Positions 8,212 to 17,352 of a DNA stretch of 64,000 nucleotides are shown one piece after another. Numbering within the stretch: the first letter of the stretch is position 1; each line of letters opens with the position of its first letter. The DNA comes from Methylotuvimicrobium sp. KM2 (GTDB lineage Bacteria; Pseudomonadota; Gammaproteobacteria; Methylococcales; Methylomonadaceae), in NCBI RefSeq assembly GCF_038051925.1, contig NZ_CP150634.1, positions 2,373,758 through 2,437,757 on the forward strand. The letters run 5' to 3'. The notes below the pieces were generated by a model, which worked only from the letters and a program-made list of their open reading frames with translations, was not told the origin of the DNA and made no database searches. The translations under genes and the position numbers were made by a program.

Positions 8212-8769
8212 TTAGTCGATTTTATAGTCCTTTGATAGGCCCAGTCGCTCATATCGGCCTTGGATAACCTCTCGGTGGTGTTTTTCGGCCTGCTCGACCG
8301 CTTGCTTGGTTATTTCGCGCAACGCTTCCCAGTCGATTTTTTGCACGTTGACCTCAAGCGGAACATCGACCCTTTGACGCCAGTTTTTGGGCCTTCGATT
8401 AACCAGCCAACGAGTACAGGCGGTCACATCGGGCGGTAATTCGCTTTCGGTCTTGACTGTTTCGACCATCTGTTCGTTGCCATCCTCATCGATAATCGTC
8501 TTTGTTTTGACCTCAAGGACCTTGCAACCGACCGCCCTTTTGTAAAGCGATTCAGAAACGCGCGAATCCGCCTCAAGCTTGCCCGCCTCAACGGCTTTAG
8601 CAAAGTCGGGGTAGTCTCGTTTGTACCGGGTTATGCTTGCTCGACTTGCTCCGAAAAACTTGCCTATCTCCTCGTCGGTCAGCCCCAGCAGGGCAAGCCG
8701 GTAAGCATCATCATTCATACTCGGGTCATATTTTTTTGGCCTGTGCGGTGGCCGTTTTTGAGTTTTCAT
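8212..8769 (-). CDS. Phage terminase small-subunit-like HTH protein.
   Basis: A 185-aa protein whose N-terminal region is LTDEEIGKFFGASRASITRYKRDYPDF..., typical of TerS/HTH packaging proteins. It lies at the attL-proximal end of the island. Confidence 0.4.
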   Translation of the reverse strand: MKTQKRPPHRPKKYDPSMNDDAYRLALLGLTDEEIGKFFGASRASITRYKRDYPDFAKAVEAGKLEADSRVSESLYKRAVGCKVLEVKTKTIIDEDGNEQMVETVKTESELPPDVTACTRWLVNRRPKNWRQRVDVPLEVNVQKIDWEALREITKQAVEQAEKHHREVIQGRYERLGLSKDYKID

Positions 8770-8804
8770 ATCTTAGTTTCCTTTATAGGTGCTTCATAAG
8801 TCGC

Positions 8805-10658
8805 TTATAGGTTAAGTCCACCTGTCGCAATCAGTCCGATTTTACGGTCACTTAAGTCCTGGCCTACGTCAATTGGCAACGAAACAAAAGGTTGCCGGTC
8901 ATCCTTAGACTTAGACGGGTGCAGTACGCCGGGGCTATCTTGTATTACAGGCAAGGCAGGCATGGACGGAACTTTAACCTCCGGTATCGCTGAATTTTGG
9001 ATTGTTGAGTAATAATCGTTAAGGCGTCGAACGTCATCAATACCGTTTAATCCGCCGTTTAACGCCCTTCTTGCCGCAACTACATCGCCTGATTTTGAGG
9101 CTTTTTGTAATTTTGGGTTGGTTTTGTAATAAGCAAAAGCCGCCTTTGCTGCAATTTCAGGAACGGCGGCTAGGTCAGGGTTATTTACAAGGTCTTGGTT
9201 TATTAATTTGCCTATTCGCTCGTAGTTTGACCGTCCGGTTAATTGAACAAAGCCGCGTCCACGGTATTTATATCCGTCTCCCGGTTGCGTATTGCCTAGG
9301 TCTTTTCGACCGCCGTAAAGCACTTCCGCCACGCCCTCATCCCCACGCGCAACTGCATCATTTAACTCCTGTGACGACATAGACCGCGCCTTTTTGCTGA
9401 CCTGGCGTAATCGTCTGGCTGAATAATTCAGGTTTTCCTCTGTTCTGGTGAAGCCTTGTGTTTCGTGGTCTAGCTGTGCCATTAACATTGCGCGTTCGGT
9501 TCCGTGAATGCCTTGCTTGTCCAGCTCATTGAGCATTATCTTTTTGTTTTGCTTGTCGGTCCCGAATGTTTTAGGACTGGACTTTTTGAACTGGTCAACT
9601 TTACCGCCAAGCCATTTTTGCGCCTTATCCAAGAACTCCATTGTTTTGGGCGAATCTTTTTTGATACCTTCCAGCGTATCCATTGCCTTTTGCCCGGCAT
9701 CGCCAACCCAACCGGTCACCTTGTCAATCGAATCCGAAATGCTTTTGGGTAAAAAATCTTTGAACGCTTGCCATGCTTCCTTTGCGTATCCGGCAATCTT
9801 ATTGCCTAGGTCACTGAAAAACTTCTTGCCTGTTTCGGTGAAAAGCCCCCATGCTGCGGTTGCTCCTGCGGCAATAGCCAAGCCAATCGGGGAGAAGATG
9901 GTCCCAAGCACTGGACGAATTATTTTAGTGAAACTTGAGCCAAGAAAGCTGCCGCCGAACGTTGGAAAAAAGCTACCGCCGCCACCTGCCGCACTGCCCC
10001 CGGTCTTTTCTTCGATATCATCGAGGACTTTCTTCTGTGCTTTAGCGTGTACCGTGCTTTCTTCGCGGCTTAGTTTCAGTTCCCTGAATATCCGTGAAAA
10101 CCAATGGAATTTCTTTTTGTCCGACTCGCCGCCGAAAATAGCCTGATAGCCTTTTGATAGCGGCTGTGCAATCTCCTGAGCCGCTTTAACATTTGGGTCT
10201 ACATCCGCAAGCCCGGTTTCGGCTTCTGCAAAGGATTTTGCTATTCTGTCGGCAAAGTTTCCAAACAGTCGGGTTGTGTTTCGTTCATCCTTGCCGGTCG
10301 ATGTTGACGATGTAAATCTGCCTTTTTTGTTTCTGTTTGCGCCCTGTCCAGGCTCAACAATATCTGTTACAGAAGATGAAATAAAACGGCCTCTTGCATC
10401 GCGGTTTTTGGGTGCTGTAGACGACTGATTACCGGGTAATACAACTGCGCCGGTATGCCTGTTATCGCGTGAAACCGACTTGTTTTGGTTGATAATATTT
10501 GATTTTATGGGAATCGACGAACTACGGTTTCTTGGCGAAACAACCGCCGCCTTGATTGCGCCGATATCGGATTTAATCTGGTCCATAATGCGCCGGGTGC
10601 GCTTGATATCGGTTATTGTTTCGCCTATTAAAAAGCCTTCGGAGTCATGTGGTAGCAT
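8805..10658 (-). CDS. Phage-like structural or ejection protein with a glycine-rich region and a C-proximal lysozyme-like (GH19/chitinase-like) peptidoglycan hydrolase domain.
   Basis: The motif YRGRGFVQLTGRSNYERIGKLI is GH19-like. There is a Gly-rich stretch (SAAGGGGSFFPTFGGSFLGSSF) and repeated basic (K/R)GRF(I/T)SS motifs. Confidence 0.45.
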   Translation of the reverse strand: MLPHDSEGFLIGETITDIKRTRRIMDQIKSDIGAIKAAVVSPRNRSSSIPIKSNIINQNKSVSRDNRHTGAVVLPGNQSSTAPKNRDARGRFISSSVTDIVEPGQGANRNKKGRFTSSTSTGKDERNTTRLFGNFADRIAKSFAEAETGLADVDPNVKAAQEIAQPLSKGYQAIFGGESDKKKFHWFSRIFRELKLSREESTVHAKAQKKVLDDIEEKTGGSAAGGGGSFFPTFGGSFLGSSFTKIIRPVLGTIFSPIGLAIAAGATAAWGLFTETGKKFFSDLGNKIAGYAKEAWQAFKDFLPKSISDSIDKVTGWVGDAGQKAMDTLEGIKKDSPKTMEFLDKAQKWLGGKVDQFKKSSPKTFGTDKQNKKIMLNELDKQGIHGTERAMLMAQLDHETQGFTRTEENLNYSARRLRQVSKKARSMSSQELNDAVARGDEGVAEVLYGGRKDLGNTQPGDGYKYRGRGFVQLTGRSNYERIGKLINQDLVNNPDLAAVPEIAAKAAFAYYKTNPKLQKASKSGDVVAARRALNGGLNGIDDVRRLNDYYSTIQNSAIPEVKVPSMPALPVIQDSPGVLHPSKSKDDRQPFVSLPIDVGQDLSDRKIGLIATGGLNL

Positions 10659-10668
10659 AAGTTAGCCT

Positions 10669-11436
10669 TTAGTTATTTGTTGAAAATTTAGTCCAATCGT
10701 TTCGGTCGATGCTTGCAATCGTCGCAAGCGTTACCGGAATACTGAGTTCGGTGAAATGGCCGTTTTTATCAATGGGGCTATTGCTTGGAATGCTGATTGA
10801 TTCAATAACCAGCGGCTTGTATGTACGGTTTTTATAGTTCATGGCAAGCGTTACCGGCTCATGGGATGGAAAAAATGTAGACTCGGTAACGCCTTCTTTG
10901 ACAAGTCGAACGAGGGCGCTGCCGTCCGCTGCAAGCTTTCGCGGGTGCGCCCATCTCATCAGCTGCGCGAATGGTTCTTCGACTTCGCTTACGGGGTCAG
11001 CCCACGCACGAAAGAGCAACGTTGCCGTGATTTTTAACGGCGGCGAACCGTTGAAAATTTGAGTGGAATTGAGTTTTGTAATTACGGTTTTGCCGCTAAG
11101 TGACTCAGCCACGCCTTCAAGCGCGCCGCCTATCGGTTCGTTTAGGTTTTTGACCATTCGCGCGATATCAACCAGCTCGCCGCTTTGGGCAAGCTTTTGA
11201 AAGCTACCTAGAGCATCTTGACCAACGTTTTCGAACGGGCTTTGCCAGTTAAACGCCGCCTCGATATTCGAGTCAAGCAGCGGAGCTTTGACCACAATAT
11301 CGTCATCGCCGGTTAATCGATTGCCCTTACGGTCTACCTCGTAAAATGTAGCGATTAAATGTTTGTTTAAGCCAGTATCGGGACTGTCTCCCCATTCACT
11401 GGTCAATGTTTTTTTTATTTCGTTGTATGTGGACAT
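10669..11436 (-). CDS. Hypothetical protein, island cargo.
   Basis: A 255-aa ORF, co-oriented and tightly packed, with no recognisable motif. Confidence 0.4.
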   Translation of the reverse strand: MSTYNEIKKTLTSEWGDSPDTGLNKHLIATFYEVDRKGNRLTGDDDIVVKAPLLDSNIEAAFNWQSPFENVGQDALGSFQKLAQSGELVDIARMVKNLNEPIGGALEGVAESLSGKTVITKLNSTQIFNGSPPLKITATLLFRAWADPVSEVEEPFAQLMRWAHPRKLAADGSALVRLVKEGVTESTFFPSHEPVTLAMNYKNRTYKPLVIESISIPSNSPIDKNGHFTELSIPVTLATIASIDRNDWTKFSTNN

Positions 11437-11440
11437 TTTT

Positions 11441-12025
11441 TTATACCTCTGTTTCTGTTTTTGGTGCGGCCTTTAAGACCTTGACACGCCTAAGTTTTAA
11501 CCAAGCTTGTTGGGTGATTTCATTCAACTTATGGGAGTGATAAACAACCGCCGCGCCGCCTGGTAGGTCGTCAAATTGCTGGTTTAGTTCGACGAAACGA
11601 CTAATGCTATGTGATAGCTCCCCATGCTCATCAAATATCCTTGAAACCGCTTGTTTTGTGGCTTCAAGTTGATTTTGTTGATTACTTACTTGTATTGCCA
11701 TCTTGGCTAGCTGTCGCAATTGAAAAAGTGTCGATTGCCGCCCCCAATCGCGGAGCATTTGAGTGTTTGGGTCGCGCTCCCAATCGCCCTCGGGCGAAGT
11801 GCCAAGCAAAAAATCAATCGAAACCTCATAAATTCCTGCCGCTTTGACGACCAAACTTAAATTTATGGCATCAACGTCAATCGACCACTCAATTTTGTTG
11901 AGTTCTTGGGTTTCGATACCTATGAGTTTCGCTGCCTTATTTTGACGGTATCCGGCTATCTCTCTGGCTTCGCGCATTTGTTGCCCAAATATCTTGATTA
12001 AATCTTGTTCGGTTTGGTTTAGCAT
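11441..12025 (-). CDS. XRE-family HTH protein with an uncharacterised C-terminal domain.
   Basis: The N-terminal segment REIAGYRQNKAAKLIGIETQELNKIEW...SLVVKAAGIYEVSIDFLLG fits an XRE helix-turn-helix. Confidence 0.45.
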   Translation of the reverse strand: MLNQTEQDLIKIFGQQMREAREIAGYRQNKAAKLIGIETQELNKIEWSIDVDAINLSLVVKAAGIYEVSIDFLLGTSPEGDWERDPNTQMLRDWGRQSTLFQLRQLAKMAIQVSNQQNQLEATKQAVSRIFDEHGELSHSISRFVELNQQFDDLPGGAAVVYHSHKLNEITQQAWLKLRRVKVLKAAPKTETEV

Positions 12026-12067
12026 ATCGGCCTCAAGTGCCGGGGACTAAGCCCCGGCTTGGTGTGA

Positions 12068-12619
12068 TTATGCCGCTTCGGCTTTGGTTTCAATCGCTAA
12101 CGCCTCGGCGGCTAGGCGGGTGCTTTTCAATCGGTCAAGGTTCCAGAAAACGTCACTCGCGAAATTTAGCAAATCGCAAGACTCGGATTTGAGGCGTTCA
12201 ATCTCCGCATTGGCCTCGTCGATTTCGGCTTGGCCTAGTGGCGCGATGATTTTGTCGATTTCGGCTTGTGTAAAACCTTTTTTGAGAAGGTCTTGCAGTT
12301 TGTCCTCGTATAATCGCTTCTTATGGTTAATCGACGAGCGAATTAAGTTTATTTCGCCGGGGATTCCGTGAAAAATTCCCAACGCCTTTGAAATTAACTT
12401 TTCAGGCCTCTCGGAATAACGCGCTTCTCCTTGTTCGATTATTTTAAGATGGTCGTCCAAGTCGTCCTTTAGGTAACTGATTAGGTCATCGGCTAAAACG
12501 AAAGGTTCGCCGTCCAAGTGTTCGCAAGCTTCATCCAGCGCGGCAATGACTTTTTCAAGTCTGGCTTTTGCGTGTTGTGAAGCGAGAAATTGTGTGTGTG
12601 ATAAATTCAAAGTTTTCAT
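12068..12619 (-). CDS. Hypothetical acidic protein, island cargo.
   Basis: A 183-aa ORF, predicted helical or charged. No family recognised. Confidence 0.4.
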   Translation of the reverse strand: MKTLNLSHTQFLASQHAKARLEKVIAALDEACEHLDGEPFVLADDLISYLKDDLDDHLKIIEQGEARYSERPEKLISKALGIFHGIPGEINLIRSSINHKKRLYEDKLQDLLKKGFTQAEIDKIIAPLGQAEIDEANAEIERLKSESCDLLNFASDVFWNLDRLKSTRLAAEALAIETKAEAA

Positions 12620-12699
12620 ATTAATTACTCTTGGTTTGATTTAAAAAATTGAAAGTCCGTTTAATGGTTTCCTACTATTTAGCTTGGTTAAAAATTAAC

Positions 12700-12960
12700 T
12701 AGGCTAATGTGGGGTCGGGACAGTGTCGGGACAGTCGGGACACTCCTTAAGGAGTGTGTCCCGTCCCGTCCCGGGACACCCCGGGACATTGTCCCGTTTT
12801 GTCCCGCTTGTCCCGCTACCTTTCAGGCCTTGATATACCTAGCCTTAGCGGTGTTTTTAATGTTGTCCCGCTTGCCTTGTCGGGACATTTTGAAAAAATC
12901 AGCCATTTTGGGTGTTTTTGTCCCGCTGTTTGAGATTCATTCTTATTTAACTTCGAATAT
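12700..12960. repeat. Iteron array with 13 or more copies of TGTCCCG/CGGGACA in both orientations around a central palindrome. It is a putative ori/crr-like primase-binding region.
   Basis: It reads GTCGGGACAGTGTCGGGACAGTCGGGACACTCCTTAAGGAGTGTGTCCCGTCCCGTCCCGGGACACCCCGGGACATTGTCCCG..., immediately 3' of the primase-helicase gene. Confidence 0.65.
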
Positions 12961-15060
12961 TCTCCATGCATAATCGCCAAACTCGATGGTGAATTTGTTG
13001 TCAAATAATTTGTTCCGGCATCGTTGAAAGGCTTTCTTTTTGGTGTCTAGCTTTTCCTCCCCGGGCTTTTCATCGACGGCCATACATCTATATGCAAATT
13101 CCCGCCAGTGGCTGATATTGACAACTTTTTGTTCGGCCCATTTTTGCCCGTTTGGCGGTGCAAATTTGGATTGAATTTCGCCACTGGGCGTGACTCCATG
13201 TTGAGCGATTGCCTCACTTAGACTGCTTAGAATGGCATCATCCCGCGCCGATAATCGCCGTTTTTGGGTCGTGGTTTTGGCTTCGCCGTCATGCGCCAAG
13301 CAAACGCTTGTCATCGGCTCGCCCTCATCGTCCAGCCAATCAAGCTCAACCGGCTTTAACTTGAACTGCATAGGTTTGAAGGCTTCAAAGTCCTTCGATT
13401 TGCGACATGAGAGCGTAATGCTCGCATCGTCCTTGGTGGCTGAAAATTCAGCGTCCATTGCTGCACGGATTGACGAACTGCCCCGGCTTCGCTGCTTGTC
13501 GCCGTGGCCTGAATGGTGGACGACCAAAGTCGCCGCGCCTAATGGCTTGAAAAAGCCGTCCAGGTTGGCAACAAATCGGCCTATATCTTGGCTAGAGTTT
13601 TCGTCGCCATCCATGTTCCTGTGTAGCGTGTCCACAATGACTAGGCCCGGATTCTGGCAAGTGGCCTTGATGGTGTCGGCTACCCATTGTGCATTTACGC
13701 CGTCAATCAGGTTTGCCGGTCGTTGGCTGATAAAAAGCCGTTCAGGCGATTTCATCTGATATTTTGACTCTAACGCCTTCAATCGCCTCGCCATGCCCGA
13801 GAAACCTTCACCCGCCACGACAATAACGTCAACCGGCTTTGTTTTGTGGTCGTGCCACTCTAACCCCGCCGCCATGCAAAAGGCCCAATCCAAAGCAAAC
13901 AACGACTTCCCCGCGCCCGGTTCGCCAAACAGCAAATTAAGGCTTGCCCGTTCGATTAACCCGTTCAAAAGCCAATCTATTTTTATAGGCTTGGCGGTTA
14001 GTTCGTTTGCCGGAACAATCGGGAACGGCTGCCATTCGGGCTTAGTTCGCGGCTCGGCTTGCTGCTTGCCTTCATCGTGGCTTTGCGGTGGCGGTGGCGC
14101 GTTTTTGGCGCGCTCCTGGGCAAAAAGTCGCTGGTTATGTCGGCTAATTTCAGGACTCCAAGACAGTGCTTTGTTAAAGTCTCCGCCACATTCGAGCAGT
14201 CGGTAACAGTCAAAGGCATCGTGAGCAAAGCTGTCGTTCAAAATATCGCCGCCGTGCGAATAAACGCGCTCTATTCCGTCTGAACAGTTCCGCATGATAA
14301 CCGCGCCCGGTGCTTTGGATTCGCTCCCCGGCCTGATAAATCTATCGCGGCCTTTGGGCTTGTATCCGTTGCGAGTCAGGATTTCTGACACACTTACAGA
14401 CTGGTTAAATTCGCGGATAGGGTCACGTCTGCCGGGTAACTGCTCGCCTTCTTGTGACTTTGTATGTGCGATTCTCGGAGGCTCTGACTCGCCTAAAGCT
14501 GTATTAAAGCAAGGCTTCCATTCATCCCAATGTCGCAGCATATCGAGCAAAACCGCTGGTGCTTCGGGTATTTTTGCCAGGTTGCCGATAAGCTCATATG
14601 AGCCGCCGTCAGGGTGTTGACCAAAGACAACATCCTGGCAATTACCGCACCTCAACTCAAAAATAACGCCGTTGGGGCCTCTGAGTTGCTGTAACCGAGC
14701 GTTTTTAAAGCCTTCGGGCAACTTGAAAAGTAACTTTCCCCGGTTTGCCTTCGGGCTTCTGATTTCAAGTCGCTCAAAGTCGTTTAACCAATCTTCAAGG
14801 TCGATTCCGGTCGTTTCATCAAAAACCCGCTCGGCTTCGGCTAAGTCATCAACATCCAACGCAAGCGTGTTAGACGCACCGTGATAAAGCCCCAAATTAC
14901 CGCTTGTGTTAGGCTCTTGAGAGTAACCGCCGGGATTTTGCGCGCTTTGGGGTAAGTTCCACCCTTTGGCGCGGGGGGCTTTTGTCGGCTTCCCGCCAAT
15001 CGGCGGGATGGGAACAAAATACAACCCTGCTGCCGTGGGCAACTGGTTGATATTAAGCAT
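12943..15060 (-). CDS. P4-alpha-like bifunctional primase-polymerase/helicase (Prim-Pol N-domain, PriCT-like, AAA_25/RepA-like C-domain).
   Basis: The N-terminal LGLYHGASNTLALDVDD is a Prim-Pol acidic motif. The C-domain has LNLLFGEPGAGKSLFALDW (Walker A) and VVAGEG. Confidence 0.8.
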   Translation of the reverse strand: MLNINQLPTAAGLYFVPIPPIGGKPTKAPRAKGWNLPQSAQNPGGYSQEPNTSGNLGLYHGASNTLALDVDDLAEAERVFDETTGIDLEDWLNDFERLEIRSPKANRGKLLFKLPEGFKNARLQQLRGPNGVIFELRCGNCQDVVFGQHPDGGSYELIGNLAKIPEAPAVLLDMLRHWDEWKPCFNTALGESEPPRIAHTKSQEGEQLPGRRDPIREFNQSVSVSEILTRNGYKPKGRDRFIRPGSESKAPGAVIMRNCSDGIERVYSHGGDILNDSFAHDAFDCYRLLECGGDFNKALSWSPEISRHNQRLFAQERAKNAPPPPQSHDEGKQQAEPRTKPEWQPFPIVPANELTAKPIKIDWLLNGLIERASLNLLFGEPGAGKSLFALDWAFCMAAGLEWHDHKTKPVDVIVVAGEGFSGMARRLKALESKYQMKSPERLFISQRPANLIDGVNAQWVADTIKATCQNPGLVIVDTLHRNMDGDENSSQDIGRFVANLDGFFKPLGAATLVVHHSGHGDKQRSRGSSSIRAAMDAEFSATKDDASITLSCRKSKDFEAFKPMQFKLKPVELDWLDDEGEPMTSVCLAHDGEAKTTTQKRRLSARDDAILSSLSEAIAQHGVTPSGEIQSKFAPPNGQKWAEQKVVNISHWREFAYRCMAVDEKPGEEKLDTKKKAFQRCRNKLFDNKFTIEFGDYAWRIFEVK

Positions 15061-15480
15061 TTACTTTTCCTCGAACTTTTCGACCGCCAAGCAGAACGCT
15101 TTAATCTTTTCCGTCAATTCGGGCGAAAAATTGGCGTAAAGTTCGTAGCGCGTAAAGGTTGCGTATCGACCTGTAACGTCTAGCGTTTTAGCTCGTTCGT
15201 CGTGATTGACGATAGGCCAACCTTTGTCCCTCAATTTTTCGATATACCCACTTAGGCGATATGACCGGGACGCACTATCAAAGCATCGATGAGTCAGCGT
15301 TTGACCTTTCAAAAGCCTCGCAAGGCTGCGGGATTGAAGGCTGCCAACTTTTGGGAATAACACGTTTTCGGTGCCCAAAGTCGGTTTGGCTGAATAATCG
15401 GCTCGGGTGATATGGCGTTTATATTCGCGAACGACCAGGGAAAAAATCATTTTACACCCCCGTTTTGGCGCGCCACACAT
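15061..15480 (-). CDS. Hypothetical protein. It is translationally coupled to the primase gene.
   Basis: A 139-aa ORF whose stop abuts the primase start (15060/15061). A possible internal start is MIFSLVV. Confidence 0.35.
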   Translation of the reverse strand: MCGAPKRGCKMIFSLVVREYKRHITRADYSAKPTLGTENVLFPKVGSLQSRSLARLLKGQTLTHRCFDSASRSYRLSGYIEKLRDKGWPIVNHDERAKTLDVTGRYATFTRYELYANFSPELTEKIKAFCLAVEKFEEK

Positions 15481-15683
15481 TCAAAAAACTCGGCCTCATC
15501 GACCAGGACGCGGCGGCCAACACGCTTAAAAGCAGTATCGAAGCCATTTGTTTTTGAGTTAAAAATAAGGTGACGCAAGCCTCCCTCAGGGGGCCAGTCA
15601 TGATGGGCGTTCCATGATGGAACAGGGATTAGACGCGTTTTAGCGGTGGTTTGGGTGTTGTTTGCGGTCATCTGGTGCCTCAT
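15447..15683 (-). CDS. AlpA/Xis-like HTH_17 DNA-binding protein (excisionase/regulator).
   Basis: The motif KRVGRRVLVDEAEFFECV resembles the KIGRRWRF...LDEWL motif of the MerR-superfamily excisionases. Confidence 0.5.
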   Translation of the reverse strand: MRHQMTANNTQTTAKTRLIPVPSWNAHHDWPPEGGLRHLIFNSKTNGFDTAFKRVGRRVLVDEAEFFECVARQNGGVK

Positions 15684-15814
15684 TCAATTAATGTTTATGA
15701 ATTGCCGCGAATTGTTGTCATTCGTGGCTTGAGGCGATTAAATCAAAGTCGATTTGCGGCTAAGTTTGCATTGCAAATTTTTTTCTTAGCCGCAAACTTA
15801 CCCGCAAATTTTTG

Positions 15815-16291
15815 TTAAAAAGGTGGGTTTTTTTTCAGTCGCGTGAGCAGAGAATCCAAGCTCCTTCTTTTAAATCGCTGCTCGTTCCCATATGTCGAAG
15901 TCCATAAAATTTCATCGTTCGTTACTTCGTTAAGAATTTCGCCTTCATCGTGCTTGCGCCCGTTGCTCTTGACCTCTTTCCAAATATCGTGAGCAGTTGC
16001 TTTTTTCCCCTCGCCACAAAGCGACTGATAAACGCGCCAAATAAGCGCGTGAAGCTGGTTTTCTCTGGTTATTTCATTAGCCAGGCTAACGGGGGTTTCT
16101 TCCTTCGTTCTATCTTTAAAACCACTCAACTCCCCCGCATCAATCAAAAAGCCCTGCTCCTTGGTGGCTATATCCTCCTTGTAGGCCTCCAGTTCTTTTT
16201 GTTGTAAATCGCTAAGCCGTTCGTCCCGTTCCCTATTCGCCTTTGCCTCACGCTCCATTTCATTTAAATAATTCCTTAGGTAATCCATCAC
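15815..16291 (-). CDS. Hypothetical charged coiled-coil protein next to the integrase.
   Basis: A 158-aa ORF that overlaps the int stop by 4 bp. No family recognised. Confidence 0.4.
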   Translation of the reverse strand: MMDYLRNYLNEMEREAKANRERDERLSDLQQKELEAYKEDIATKEQGFLIDAGELSGFKDRTKEETPVSLANEITRENQLHALIWRVYQSLCGEGKKATAHDIWKEVKSNGRKHDEGEILNEVTNDEILWTSTYGNEQRFKRRSLDSLLTRLKKNPPF

Positions 16292-17352
16292 ACACTCCCA
16301 TTTCCAAAAATCTTATCGTTCATACTGGCTACAACGCCTGATACGTGGCCGTCCGACAAGTGAGAATATCGCTTAACCATCGCAAGCGTTTTATGCCCCA
16401 GAATTTCGGCAATTTCGGCCAATGAAGCGCCGTTCATGACAAGATAAGACGCGGTGCAATGCCTCAAGTCATGCCACCTAAAGTCCTCAATTTCGGCCCG
16501 TTTTAAAGCTGCTTGCCACGCTTTACGCAAATCAAACGGCTTATTTGGTGAGACCACGCCGGGGAACAACAATTGACTATCTAAACGTCTAACTTTCGAG
16601 TGTCCCCGCAATAATTCCAGGGCTAGGCCGGTAATCGGTACGCGCCGCCGCTCGCCGTTTTTGGTTTCGTGCAGAATGATAAAGCCTTCTTTTAAATTCA
16701 CGTCCTGCCATTGCAAGCCCATCAATTCGCCTTTTCGCATCCCAGTACTTAGCGACACAATAACCGCCAAATAAAGCCAGTCATTCACCTGGCAAGCGTC
16801 AAGCAATCGCTTCCTTTCGACATCGTCTAAAAATCTAACCCTTCCCCTTGATTCTTTGCCTTTTTTCACTTTTCGCATCGGAGAATCATCCAGCCAGCCC
16901 CACTCATTGGCTGCCGAAGTCAATACCGGGCTTAAGCTTGATAAATATCTATTAACTGTTGCTGGACTGCGCTTCGTTCCCTTTGCAGTAATTTCGTTTA
17001 ACAATTTATCCTTAACCTCGGTTATTTTTCCGGGGGTAACTTCGGACAATGGCAAATAACCCAATTCATCTGCCCATCGCTTCAAATGTACGGACTGATG
17101 CTCTTTAAAATGCTTGGTCTGGGTAACGCTGCACAGATACCGGGTAATTGCATCGGTCAGTGTGTTTTTTTTTGCTGCTGCTGCCGGAAAGTACCGGTTC
17201 TCCCTAATTGCCGACTCAGTTGATGCTATCCATTTCTTGCAATCCGTTAGCCGGGCAAATGTGGCGGTTTCGCGTGGGTGACCTTTAAGCCTTATTTCTG
17301 CGGTATATTTGGGCTTACCGTCTTTACCTATTCTTTCTTTAATGGTAGCCAT
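16288..17352 (-). CDS. int: Tyrosine site-specific integrase (phage integrase family).
   Basis: C-terminal catalytic motifs HDLRHCTASYLVMNGASLAEIAEILGHKTLAMVKRYSHL are present. It is adjacent to attR. Confidence 0.9.
   Translation of the reverse strand: MATIKERIGKDGKPKYTAEIRLKGHPRETATFARLTDCKKWIASTESAIRENRYFPAAAAKKNTLTDAITRYLCSVTQTKHFKEHQSVHLKRWADELGYLPLSEVTPGKITEVKDKLLNEITAKGTKRSPATVNRYLSSLSPVLTSAANEWGWLDDSPMRKVKKGKESRGRVRFLDDVERKRLLDACQVNDWLYLAVIVSLSTGMRKGELMGLQWQDVNLKEGFIILHETKNGERRRVPITGLALELLRGHSKVRRLDSQLLFPGVVSPNKPFDLRKAWQAALKRAEIEDFRWHDLRHCTASYLVMNGASLAEIAEILGHKTLAMVKRYSHLSDGHVSGVVASMNDKIFGNGSV

Noticed and set aside
9508-10146. A 212-aa plus-strand ORF rich in Pro/Ser opposite the 617-aa island gene.
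   Set aside because: It is antisense to a gene with a clear lysozyme-like domain. Its low-complexity translation is typical of Gly-rich-gene antisense frames.
12706-12960. Possible CRISPR array suggested by the many short GTCCCG repeats.
   Set aside because: The repeat units are only 6-8 nt. They occur in both orientations and have irregular 1-15 nt spacing, with no uniform spacers. They are iterons, not CRISPR.
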